Assembly: GCA_023267735.1 (NCBI GenBank)
Contig: JAHFMT010000001.1
Span: 1-38,260, forward strand
DNA length: 38,260 nt
DNA from: Candidatus Kaiserbacteria bacterium
GTDB taxonomy: Bacteria > Patescibacteriota > Minisyncoccia > Phycocordibacterales > Phycocordibacteraceae
Direction: 5' to 3'
The translations under genes were made by a program, and so were the position numbers. Position 1 is the first letter of the stretch; every line of letters starts with the position of its first letter. This document shows, piece after piece, positions 19,163 through 28,469 of the stretch. Below the pieces are notes generated by a model, which had not been told where the DNA came from, made no database searches, and worked only from the letters and a program-made list of their open reading frames with translations.

Positions 19163-19594
19163 ATGTCTGACGTAGAAAACCAGAACGTAGCTGAGGAGAC
19201 TGTTGCGGAAGCAGCGGTTGAAGTACCAGCGAAGTTCGCAAAGATCGTGAAGGAAATCGAAGAGATGACTGTTCTCGAGCTCTCTGAGCTTGTGAAGGTG
19301 TTTGAAAAGAAGTTCGGCGTGTCTGCTGCAGCGGTTGCTGTTGCAGGTCCTGCTGCAGGTGGTGCGGCTGCTGAAGAAGGCAAGTCCACTGCTGATGTTG
19401 AGCTCACCGATGCTGGCGGCAACAAGATTGCTGTTATCAAGGTAGTGAAGGAAGTGCTCGCACTTGGTCTTAAGGAAGCAAAGGATCTCGTAGATGGTGC
19501 TCCATCTATGGTGAAGGCTGGCCTGAAGAAGGAAGAGGCAGAAGAGCTCAAGAAGAAGCTCGAAGAGGCAGGTGCAAAGGTTACCCTCAAGTAA
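19163..19594 (+). CDS. rplL: 50S ribosomal protein L7/L12
   Basis: [28 protein letters not shown]...[25 protein letters not shown]. Confidence 0.98.
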   Translation: MSDVENQNVAEETVAEAAVEVPAKFAKIVKEIEEMTVLELSELVKVFEKKFGVSAAAVAVAGPAAGGAAAEEGKSTADVELTDAGGNKIAVIKVVKEVLALGLKEAKDLVDGAPSMVKAGLKKEEAEELKKKLEEAGAKVTLK

Positions 19595-19611
19595 CTAAAC
19601 CCTGTTTTACA

Positions 19612-19647
19612 ACAAAAAGACTCAGGAGTACTCCTGAGTCTTTTTGT
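19612..19647. terminator. Intrinsic terminator after rplL
   Basis: ACAAAAAGACTCAGGAG-TA-CTCCTGAGTCTTTTTGT perfect palindrome. Confidence 0.8.
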
Positions 19648-19717
19648 GTATAAGGACACGCAAAAAGTACTCTGGCTAGTAGTAGGGGAGGGGGTCTTTT
19701 GATACACTAGTCGCCAC

Positions 19718-20275
19718 ATGGAACCGCTCGCAAAACTCTTCGGATCACCCGCTCGCCTCAAGCTGCTCCGCCTCTTCTTCTTTAACGATGACACCACCTT
19801 TACCGCAAACGTAGCTGCTTCCCACGCCAAGGTGTCACTTGCGCTTGCGCGCAAAGAAATCGCTATGCTCTTCGGTGCAGGTATCCTGAGAAAGAAAACA
19901 GGTGCGTGGACTATTGATAAACGCTTTGCGCACCACGAGCCACTCTTGGCATTTCTTCGCCAAACAACGGCACTGCAAGATGGGGTGATTGTTGACACGT
20001 TGAAGCGTGCAGGAAACTTGCGTCTCATAGTACTCTCCGGTCTTTTTACCGGTACCATTGAAACAAAAATAGATGTCTTGATTGCGGGCGACCGGCTTGA
20101 TGAGCGCGCGCTGGGGCAGGGTGTACAGAAACTTGAAGCAGAGCTCGGACGTGAATTGTGCTACGAAAGTTTTACCACTGAAGATTTTAAGTATCGTCGT
20201 GGTGTGTATGACCGTCTCTTGCGTGATGTCTTTGATTATCCGCGCCGTGTGATTTTGGATAAGATAGGGGTTTAA
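19718..20275 (+). CDS. Putative transcriptional regulator (N-terminal wHTH plus nucleotidyltransferase-like domain)
   Basis: L.KLFGS.AR.KLL.LF, LSGLF, IDVLI.GD and LE.ELGREL.Y......F.YR, an architecture common in CPR genomes. Confidence 0.75.
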   Translation: MEPLAKLFGSPARLKLLRLFFFNDDTTFTANVAASHAKVSLALARKEIAMLFGAGILRKKTGAWTIDKRFAHHEPLLAFLRQTTALQDGVIVDTLKRAGNLRLIVLSGLFTGTIETKIDVLIAGDRLDERALGQGVQKLEAELGRELCYESFTTEDFKYRRGVYDRLLRDVFDYPRRVILDKIGV

Positions 20276-20593
20276 TTTTTCACCGCGTACGTATTGACTT
20301 CTTGTCTAGGCACACTAGGCTTTAAATACAAACGGCTTCGGCCTACTCCCCCGCTAGCAGTAGTGGGGGAGAGAACTTTTATACTGAGTGCTTTGTGTAT
20401 AAAGCCTAAGAGGCCTTTTTCATTTATATACAAGCTTTTAGGGTATCCACAGTACGGGGAAGGAGCCCCCCTATTTCTGCCTCAGTTGGTACACTTATAG
20501 GGTATGCAAGGTTGCGCCTGTATAGGCGTAAGCTCGCATTACCGGTAGTGCGTGTGCGCTTATGTACTAATCTTACGTTTCATTACAGGTCAT

Positions 20594-21277
20594 ATGTCTC
20601 TCTACGCTTGGGCAGATGTTCTCAACATGTCTTTCCAGAGTCTTCTCTACGGACTTGTTGGGTTCATCCCAAACTTGGTTATCGCTATCCTTATCTTTAT
20701 CATCGGCTGGCTCATCGGCGCAGGTCTTTCCCGCGTTGTTGCTCAGGTCGTTGCTTCGATAAAGGTAGATCAGGCACTTCGTGCAGCGGGTGTTGAACGC
20801 GTGCTTTCACGCGCAGGCTTCTCGCTTAACTCAGGTGCGTTCCTCGGTGCATTGGTGAAGTGGTTCTTTATTATCGTGTTCCTCGTTGCGTCTCTCGAAG
20901 TGCTTCACCTTTCAGCGGTGACCTTCTTCCTTCGTGACGTGGTACTCGGCTACCTTCCACAGGTTATCGTTGCTGTACTCGTGCTCTTGGTTGCAGCAGT
21001 GGTTGCTGATGTAGCACGCCGCCTCGTGGTTGGCGCTGCGAAGGCAGCAAGCTTGGGCTCAGCAAATCTCTTGGGTTCTATCGCGCACTACGCGATTTGG
21101 ATCTTTGCGATTCTCGTTGCGCTTGATCAGTTGCAGGTTGCACCAGGCTTCGTACAGACGCTCTTCACGGGCATCGTGGTTGCGGTAGCTCTTGGTCTTG
21201 GTCTTGCCTTTGGCCTCGGTGGTCAGCAGGCAGCATCTCGTTACCTCGACAAGTTGAGTGCTCAGATTAGGGACTAA
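20594..21277 (+). CDS. TM-helix repeat membrane protein (CmpX/MscS N-terminal-like)
   Basis: Two repeats (FIPNLV.AILIFIIGW and YLPQVIVAVLVLL) and C-terminal GLAFGLGG. Confidence 0.85.
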   Translation: MSLYAWADVLNMSFQSLLYGLVGFIPNLVIAILIFIIGWLIGAGLSRVVAQVVASIKVDQALRAAGVERVLSRAGFSLNSGAFLGALVKWFFIIVFLVASLEVLHLSAVTFFLRDVVLGYLPQVIVAVLVLLVAAVVADVARRLVVGAAKAASLGSANLLGSIAHYAIWIFAILVALDQLQVAPGFVQTLFTGIVVAVALGLGLAFGLGGQQAASRYLDKLSAQIRD

Positions 21278-21292
21278 TACGTTCCTTTGAAG

Positions 21293-21326
21293 AAACAAAA
21301 AGCCCGCAATTGCGGGCTTTTTGTTT
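21293..21326. terminator. Intrinsic terminator
   Basis: AAACAAAAAGCCCGC-AATT-GCGGGCTTTTTGTTT, near-identical to the one at 10367-10403. Confidence 0.85.
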
Positions 21327-21342
21327 GCCCTATATAGTCGTC

Positions 21343-21371
21343 TTGACAGGGAATGGTCGACCGCGTACACT
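21343..21371 (+). promoter_or_regulatory. 23S-5S rRNA promoter
   Basis: TTGACA-17 nt-TACACT, with a boxA-like TTGACAACTGAATA downstream at 21494-21507. Confidence 0.75.
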
Positions 21372-22152
21372 CTTTAAACGTGTCAAATACAAAGAAATTC
21401 TACCAAAAAACGAAGCGCAAAACCGCCTAGGCAATTCGTTGCCAAATGCGGACCGCTTCAGGCGGTCTTTCTTTTTAAGTAGACACGGGATCGTTGACAA
21501 CTGAATACGCAAAACAGGTAAGTAGCTCGTGTCAGAAGGACACGAGCGAATCAAAAGCATTAAGAAATTGTATTGTGGTATTCACGTTTCCGTACAGGAG
21601 ACGTGAAGGGTGCACGGTGGATGCCTAGGCTTACGGACAGCGATGAAGGACGCGGCTAGTCTGCGATAAGCTTCGGGGAGACGATTTGCAGTCTTTGATC
21701 CGAAGATTTCCGAATGGGGAAACCCTTCCGCGTATGCGGAAACCGATTGAGTAATGTCTTTCGGAGCTCACTCAGGGAAGTGAAACATCTCAGTACCTGA
21801 AGGAAAAGAGAACAACGTTGAGACGTGTTCTGTGCGCGTGCAACTTCACGCGTATAGAACACGGCTCTTGTGATTCCCCAAGTAGCGGCGAGCGAAACGG
21901 GAATAGCCCAAACCCATTTCTTCGGAAGTGGGGGTTGTAGGGCAGAAGCGCGATACTTGTATCGGAAAAGTTACAAACTGTTTTCATAGCAGAAGTTTCT
22001 GGAAAGAAACGCCACAGAGGGTAATGGCCCCGTATGCGAAATGAATAACAACTTTTTGGCTTCTGTTCCTGAGTAGCTCGAGACACGAATAGCTCGAGTG
22101 AATCTGCCGGAACTAACCGGTAAGGCTAAATATGTCCGAAGACCGATAGTGA

Positions 22153-22186
<34 letters not shown>

Positions 22187-23631
22187 GAGAGGGGAGTGAA
22201 ATAGAACTGAAACCGTGTACTTACAAAGGGTTAGGGCGGGCTCCGGTCCGTCCTAGCGTGCCTATTGAAGAATGAGCCTGCGAGTTTTCTTACGCGCTTC
22301 GTCTAAGTGGCAAACCCACGGAGGCACAGCGAAAGCGAGTGTGAATAGCGCGTATCCATTTATGGAGAGCGCGTAAGAAAGACCCGAAGCTAGATGAGCT
22401 TGCCATGAGCAGGGTGAAGTTCGGCGAAAGCCGGATGGAGGCCCGAACCCGTTCGTCGTACAACGCGTTGGGATGACTTGTGGCAAGGAGTGAAAAGCTA
22501 ATCGAATCTAGTAATAGCTGGTTCTCTCCGAAACAGCTTTTGGGCTGGCGTCGTGCGTTCCCACTGGGGGTAGAGCACTGGAAGGGGTCAACAGGGAGAA
22601 ATCTCGTGACTCCTATCAACCTCCGAATACCAGTGGTCAAGAGCACGGCAGTTAGAAGGTGGGGGCGAAGCTCCATCGCTCAAAAGGGGAAGAGCCCGGA
22701 TCGCCAGTTAAGGCCCCAAAATCGATGCTCAGTACATCACAAGGAAGTGGGAATCCATTGACAGTGAGGATGTTGGCTTAGAAGCAGCCACCATTTAAAG
22801 AAAGCGTAACAGCTCACTCATCGAGGGTTCCTGCGCCGAAGATAATCGGGGTTAAGCATCGTGCCGAAACTGCGGGTGTGCACATTATTTATAATGTGTA
22901 CGCGGTAGGAGAGCGTTCCAATTGCGCTGAAGCTAAAGAGGTGACTCATAGTGGAGCGATTGGAAGTGAGAATGCAGGTACAAGTAACCACAATGCGGGT
23001 GAGAGCCCCGCACGTCGAAAGACCAAGGTTTCCTCAGCAACGGTGATCGACTGAGGGTTAGTCGGGCCTAAGGGGATGGCGAAAGCCGCACCCGATGGAC
23101 ACATGGTTAATATTCCATGACCGTTTTCTGTGCGATGGAGTGACGGGCCTTTGTATGCGTCGCCCACTATTGGATGTGGGTCAGTGCCGTGAGGAGGTGC
23201 TCTAGGTAAATCCGGAGCGCACATACTCCAAGCGGAGCCGCAACTTTCTCCTTCGGGGGAAGGGAGGACGCAAAGCAGGGCTTCGAGAAAAACTTCTAAG
23301 CTTCAGCAGAAAACGACCGTACCGTAAACCGACACAGGTGGTCAGGGCGAGTAGCCCAAGACGAACGAGTGAGGTGTCCTCAAGGAACTCGGCAAAAAAG
23401 CGGCCGTAAGTTAGCGATAAGGCCTGCCCGTAGCAATACGGGCTGCAACAAAAGATTCCCTAGCGACTGTTTACCAAAAACACAGCTCCCTGCGAACTCG
23501 TAAGAGGAAGTATAGGGGGTGACGCCTGACCGATGCCGGAAGGTCAACCATGGCTGGTATGCATAGCAATATGTATGCTGGGCTATGTAAGCCCCGGTGA
23601 ATGTCGGCGATAACTATAATCGTCCTAAGGT

Positions 23632-23820
23632 GCTGGATACAATCTTTCGGGATTGCTTCCAGCAGGACTAGGACGATTATAAGAACGTAAACAGTGTAAA
23701 TCGCCAAGTTACCTTTGTATTGAGTAATTAATACATTGTCCAATCATGGCACGAAGAGACCATACGCCATGCTCCTGAGTAATCAGGATGAAGATATGAT
23801 CCAGGTTCGAGAAATACCTG
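23632..23820 (+). mobile_element. 189-nt group I-like intron at 23S position L1931, lacking P4-P6
   Basis: Interrupts CCTAAGGT^AGCGCAATTCC and ends in G. P2, P3 (CATGGC/GCCATG), P7 (GAGACCA/TGATCC), P8 and J8/7 GAAGATA are visible. Confidence 0.85.
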
Positions 23821-24482
23821 AGCGCAATTCCTTGTCGGGTAAATTCCGACGTGCACGAATGGCGTAACGACTGGGGAACTGTCTCGAGGACTTGCTCGGT
23901 GAAAATGCGATACCGGTGAAGACGCCGGTTACCTGTGGTTAGACGAAAAGACCCTAGAAGCTTTACTGCAGCTTCGTATTGGGTCTACGGAATGTATGCG
24001 TAGCATAGTGGTGAGAGGTTGAAGTGCCGTTTTCGGGTGGCATGGACTCGTCAGTGAAATAGCCATCTTACATTTTGTAGTTCCTAACCGACGTGATGAA
24101 CCACGTCGGGACCGTGCGTGGCAGGCAGTTTTGGTGGGGCGCTATCCTCCTAAAAGGTAACGGAGGAGTCTATTAAGGTCACCTAGGCGCGAATGGAAAC
24201 CGTGCCGATAGTGTAATGGCACAAGGTGGCTTAACTGCAAGGGGTACATCCCGAGCAGATGCGAAAGCAGGGCATAGTGAACCGATGGTACGCCTTAGAC
24301 GCGGCCAGAGATTAACGGATATAAGTTACTCTAGGGATAACAGGCTAGTTCCGCCCAAGCGTCCATAGCGACGGCGGAGTTCGGCACCTCGATGTCGGCT
24401 CACCTTAGCGCGGGGCTGGAGAAGGTCCCAAGCGTTTGGCTGTTCGCCAATTAAAAAGGTACGCGAGCTGGGTTCAAACCGT

Positions 24483-24774
24483 TGAGCACCTAATACGGTG
24501 CATACTGTATTGGATGCTCAACCCGTTTGAACCCCATTGATGTTACTGTTATCGAAATAAGAAAGTTTTTTCGTCCATATAAAAGAAGAGAAGAACCAAC
24601 CAAGACACGGCGGTCTTCTGCAGGAATGCAGAAGAAACAAATCAACTAGTATCGGTAAAACCCCACGTGGGTAATACCGAGGGAAGCTTCGGCGCCCGTA
24701 GAGACTAATTGTTGATCATCGAGAACCGATGAAGTTATAGTCCGATCCCTTCAGCAATGAAGGTAAACGAAATG
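24483..24774 (+). mobile_element. 292-nt group I intron at 23S position L2593, no intact endonuclease gene
   Basis: Interrupts AAACCGT^CGTGAGACAG. IGS CACGGCGGT 24606-24614 gives the U.G pair. P2-P9 are all present, with P7 GAGACTA/TAGTCC and a terminal G. Confidence 0.93.
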
Positions 24775-25159
24775 CGTGAGACAGGTTGGTCTCCTATCTA
24801 CCACAGGCGTTGATTTTTGAGGAGGGTTGTCCCTAGTACGAGAGGACCGGGATGAACTGACCTCTGGTCTACCAGCTGTCCTGCCAAGGGCACCGCTGGG
24901 TAGCTATGTCGGGTTGCGATAACCGCTGAAAGCATCTAAGCGGGAAACGTGCTCCAAGATTAGAAATCGTTATGAGACTCCTGGAAGATTACCAGGTTGA
25001 TAGGCTGTTAAAGTGTAAGCGCAGCAATGCGTTGAGCTAAGCAGTACTAATATGTCCAGTCTCTTGTGCGGAATCGTGAATGGCACAGTACAGATTCTTA
25101 CTGCATACTGTTTTGCGTACTTTGGTTGCATCAATCAATAGATTGAATGCACCCAGAAT

Positions 25160-25272
25160 GTTGGTGCTTTGTCGGAGGGGGTACACCCGTTCTCATTCCG
25201 AACACGGCAGTTAAGTCCTCTTGAGCCAATGGTACTTACCGTTACAGGTGGGGAGAGTAGGCAGGCGCCAAC
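25160..25272 (+). rRNA. rrf: 5S rRNA
   Basis: ACACCCGTTCTCATTCCGAACACGGCAGTTAAG, ATGGTACT, GGGAGAGTAGG, and terminal helix GTTGGTGC/GCGCCAAC. Confidence 0.95.
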
Positions 25273-25290
25273 ATTCTGGGCGTATTCTTT

Positions 25291-25327
25291 TATAAAAACA
25301 CCCGCACTTGTTGCGGGTGTTTTTATA
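25291..25327. terminator. Terminator of the 23S-5S unit
   Basis: TATAAAAACACCCGCA / TGCGGGTGTTTTTATA inverted repeat. Confidence 0.85.
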
Positions 25328-25367
25328 TCCGAATGATTTTCCCGTACCACGGGGTATACTGTCGGAT

Positions 25368-26123
25368 ATGTCATGGGCATCACGAAGGCAGTCACTTATC
25401 GCAGGCGGCGTGCTCGCGGTCGTCGCTGCGTTTGCTTCTGTGGTCGCATTTGTGTCGTTGTATGAGACACCATCGTGTACTGATGGGAAGCGCAATCAAG
25501 ATGAGGAAGGTATTGATTGTGGTGGTGGGTGTGCCTTCTTGTGCCGAGAGACCGTAGCGCCACCGTCGATACGGTTTGCCCGCGCGTTTTCCTCTGGTGA
25601 GGGAAGAGTAAATGTTGTGGCGTATATTGATAATCCAAACCCGCGCGCGGCAGTGAAAGACGCACTCTTCACTGTTGAACTCTTTGATGCCAGCGGTACC
25701 GCGGTAGGTGCATATAAGGGTGCGGTAGATTTGCCTGCAGGAGTAACCGTGCCGGTGTTTGCTCCGGGCATTGCGGTGTCCGCAGCACCTACACGCACCT
25801 TCGTTTCTTTTGATGAAGCATCACTTCGCTTTGAGGCGAATCGTTCTACGGATGAGGTGCCGGTGGTAACTGACACGCTACTTACGCAACTACCCACACC
25901 CCGCTTGACTGCGAATGTGCGTAACGATTTGCCGTATACGCTGTATAACGTGCACGTGATTGCAACAGTGTTTGATACCACGGGGAATGTCATGATGGCC
26001 TCTGAGACATTACTGTCGCGTATTGCGGGGAGCGCCACTGAGCAGGCGGTCTTTACATGGAATACACCACTGCCTACTGAACCAGGGCGTATAGACGTGG
26101 TGCCGGTGTTGCCGCTTCGGTAG
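25368..26123 (+). CDS. Conserved membrane-anchored protein with Cys-rich motif and two beta-sandwich (FxLYD-like) domains
   Basis: TM helix, then PSCTDGKRNQDEEGIDCGGGC...C. ATG 25368 follows TATACT. Confidence 0.8.
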   Translation: MSWASRRQSLIAGGVLAVVAAFASVVAFVSLYETPSCTDGKRNQDEEGIDCGGGCAFLCRETVAPPSIRFARAFSSGEGRVNVVAYIDNPNPRAAVKDALFTVELFDASGTAVGAYKGAVDLPAGVTVPVFAPGIAVSAAPTRTFVSFDEASLRFEANRSTDEVPVVTDTLLTQLPTPRLTANVRNDLPYTLYNVHVIATVFDTTGNVMMASETLLSRIAGSATEQAVFTWNTPLPTEPGRIDVVPVLPLR

Positions 26124-26126
26124 GGT

Positions 26127-27278
26127 ATGGGTGGACTTGGCACACGCAGTACACGTGCACTAGTTGATACTGACTGGCTGCTTGGTATTGTACCGGCGCT
26201 CCTTGCGGGTATTGGGATACTCACCATGCATACGTTTGGTGAAGGTGTGTCTGTCGCACCGCGGCAGCTTATATGGCTTGGTATTGCAGTGGCGGTATTC
26301 ATAGCGCTCGCATTTTCTGATCTGCGCTTTATTCGTCGTACCCCGGTCATTATTGCGGGATATGGACTGGTACTTTTCTTGCTCGTGCTATTGCTTATCG
26401 CTGCACCAACTATTCAAGGTGCCAAGGCATGGTTTGCGCTCGGACCAATATCATTTCAGCCTGCCGACGCGGCAAAGGTGGTGATTATCGCACTATGTGC
26501 AAAATACTTTTCCCGTCGTCATATTGAGATACGTAATATCCGACACATCATTACCTCTGCGGTGTATGTCGGTATTCCATTCTTACTCATTCTGGTGCAG
26601 CCAGACCTCGGTACTGCTGCAATTATCGGCATACTGTGGTTTGGGCTTATGTTGGTATCAGGGGTGTCTAAAAAACATATTGCCATCGTGCTTGCGCTTG
26701 GTGCCGTGGTTGCAGGGCTTTTCTGGACATTCGGTCTGCATGACTACCAGCGTACCCGCATTGTGTCGTTTCTTAACCCCGCGGCTGATCCGTATGGGGC
26801 AGGGTATAACGCGTACCAGGCAGTGATTGCTACCGGTTCAGGAGAATTGTTTGGCAAGGGTATAGGGTATGGGACGCAATCGAAACTTCGCTTCTTGCCG
26901 GAATATCAAACTGACTTTATCTTTGCAGCGTTTGCCGAAGAGTGGGGGTTTGTTGGGGTAGCGCTTATCTTGCTGCTCTATGCATTGTTGTTTATGCGTC
27001 TGGTTGCCATTGCACGCTACGCCGCTACTAACTTTGATGCGTTCTTTACCTTAGGGGTAATGATACTGCTGCTGGCACACATGTTCTTGCATGTGGGGAT
27101 TAACATGGGCGTACTGCCAGTGACGGGCACCACGATACCGTTTATGAGTGCCGGTGGCTCGCATCTGCTCATGGAGTTCGTGTTGCTGGGTATTGTAGCG
27201 TCGCTTGCGCGACATGGTCGCGAAGTGCCCCGTGGTGCGCTTGCAAAGGAATATCATGGGTACGGTTCGGAAGCTTAG
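26127..27278 (+). CDS. rodA: SEDS family peptidoglycan glycosyltransferase RodA
   Basis: GAKAW..LG..SFQP, QPDLGT, YQ..RI..FL.P..DP.G.GYN, G.GTQSKLRFLPEYQTDFIF...AEEWG, PVTG...PF.S.GGS. Confidence 0.92.
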   Translation: MGGLGTRSTRALVDTDWLLGIVPALLAGIGILTMHTFGEGVSVAPRQLIWLGIAVAVFIALAFSDLRFIRRTPVIIAGYGLVLFLLVLLLIAAPTIQGAKAWFALGPISFQPADAAKVVIIALCAKYFSRRHIEIRNIRHIITSAVYVGIPFLLILVQPDLGTAAIIGILWFGLMLVSGVSKKHIAIVLALGAVVAGLFWTFGLHDYQRTRIVSFLNPAADPYGAGYNAYQAVIATGSGELFGKGIGYGTQSKLRFLPEYQTDFIFAAFAEEWGFVGVALILLLYALLFMRLVAIARYAATNFDAFFTLGVMILLLAHMFLHVGINMGVLPVTGTTIPFMSAGGSHLLMEFVLLGIVASLARHGREVPRGALAKEYHGYGSEA

Positions 27279-28393
27279 CGGTTATATATCTCGAGCGTAT
27301 CGGCAAGCATCTCGTCTTCAGAGAAGTTGCGTACGACATGTACGTGGAGCTGCTCACGGGTGCGCTCCCGCAGTGTCGCGTCTGCAATCATGGTGCGCAT
27401 GGCATCTGCGAGTGCACCGGGTGCCCGTGGAGGAATAAGAAGCCCTGTTTCATTATTGATAACCACATCCGCAACACTGCCAACGTTGGTCGCGATAACC
27501 GGTACGTGTGCCATGCCTGCCTCAAGCAGTACAAATGGCAGACCTTCTTTGCGAGAGGCAAGTACGAAACAGTCTATTGCAGAAAGATAGGCACGGGCGT
27601 TTTGTACAAAGCCAGTAAATACCACCCGATCTTCTATACCGGCATCACGAACCTTTTCCATAAGTGCCCCGCGTAATTCACCATCGCCAATAATGACCAG
27701 ACGGGCACGCGCATGTTCTGCGGCAACAGGAACGAAGGCGGCTATGGTGCGATCAATGCCCTTGTTGGGGGTAAGTTCAGTACCCGCAGCGAACCAGAAT
27801 CCATCAGAGAGCCCTAAGGTTTTGCGAGCATCGCCGCAGGAGCGGAGGGTGTAGGGGGCAATGCCTATGGGAATGATGCGGAACTTCTTTCGGCAGAAGA
27901 ATGCGGGTGCAATGCGGTACTCACGTGGAGAAAGCACGATGACGGTATGGGAAAGAAGTACCGTTGCGTATGATGCGAGCCAGATAAGTAGCTTCTGCCA
28001 CCAAGGACGATTTTCTTGGTGTGGCCATCCGTGTGCAGTAAAGACAATGTGCGGCACACCGGCAAGTCGTGCGGCAAGGGCACCAAGTCCTGCAGCTTTT
28101 GAACTATTTACGTGAAAGACATCCGGACGCTCTGTTTTAAGGATCCGCAGGATATCAAAGAATGAACGAATCTCTGTGGTGAGAGAAATATCTCGTTTGA
28201 GGGTGGGGAGGGGAATGAAGCGTATATGGGCTTCGGTAAGCGCATCTACCAATGTACCCTTGCCACCACTAACCACCGCTACCGTCGCTCCTGATTCCTT
28301 TGCTGCTCTCGCAAGCGTGTGGACATAGTGCTGGGCACCGCCCCAGGTGGTTTTGGTGATAAGGAAAAGAATGTTTTTGGCAGGGGTCTCCAT
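27275..28393 (-). CDS. Glycosyltransferase family 4 (GT-B)
   Basis: GGAQ, H.NSSKA, FTAHGW, S.KEGLP..LLEA, P.IAT.VG. Start placed at METPAK (28393). Confidence 0.93.
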   Translation of the reverse strand: METPAKNILFLITKTTWGGAQHYVHTLARAAKESGATVAVVSGGKGTLVDALTEAHIRFIPLPTLKRDISLTTEIRSFFDILRILKTERPDVFHVNSSKAAGLGALAARLAGVPHIVFTAHGWPHQENRPWWQKLLIWLASYATVLLSHTVIVLSPREYRIAPAFFCRKKFRIIPIGIAPYTLRSCGDARKTLGLSDGFWFAAGTELTPNKGIDRTIAAFVPVAAEHARARLVIIGDGELRGALMEKVRDAGIEDRVVFTGFVQNARAYLSAIDCFVLASRKEGLPFVLLEAGMAHVPVIATNVGSVADVVINNETGLLIPPRAPGALADAMRTMIADATLRERTREQLHVHVVRNFSEDEMLADTLEIYNR

Positions 28394-28469
28394 GCGGGTA
28401 CTGTACCGCATTCGGGCGATTTTTGCCGTCCCCCAAAATGGCAAATGTGGTGTAGTATGCGGGATATCT

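Noticed and set aside
19006-20058. Long antisense ORFs (350 aa here; also 25496-26350, 29832-30587, 11691-12332, 1187-1816)
   Set aside because: Shadow frames opposite well-supported genes.
23655-23658. Alternative IGS (GCTT) restoring a U.G pair for intron 1
   Set aside because: Only 4 bp with two wobbles, buried in the 5' hairpin, and far from P2. It cannot be fully excluded without probing.
23615-23681. Archaeal-type bulge-helix-bulge splice motif
   Set aside because: The internal loop is 3x4 nt rather than two staggered 3-nt bulges, and the 3' splice site is not part of this helix.
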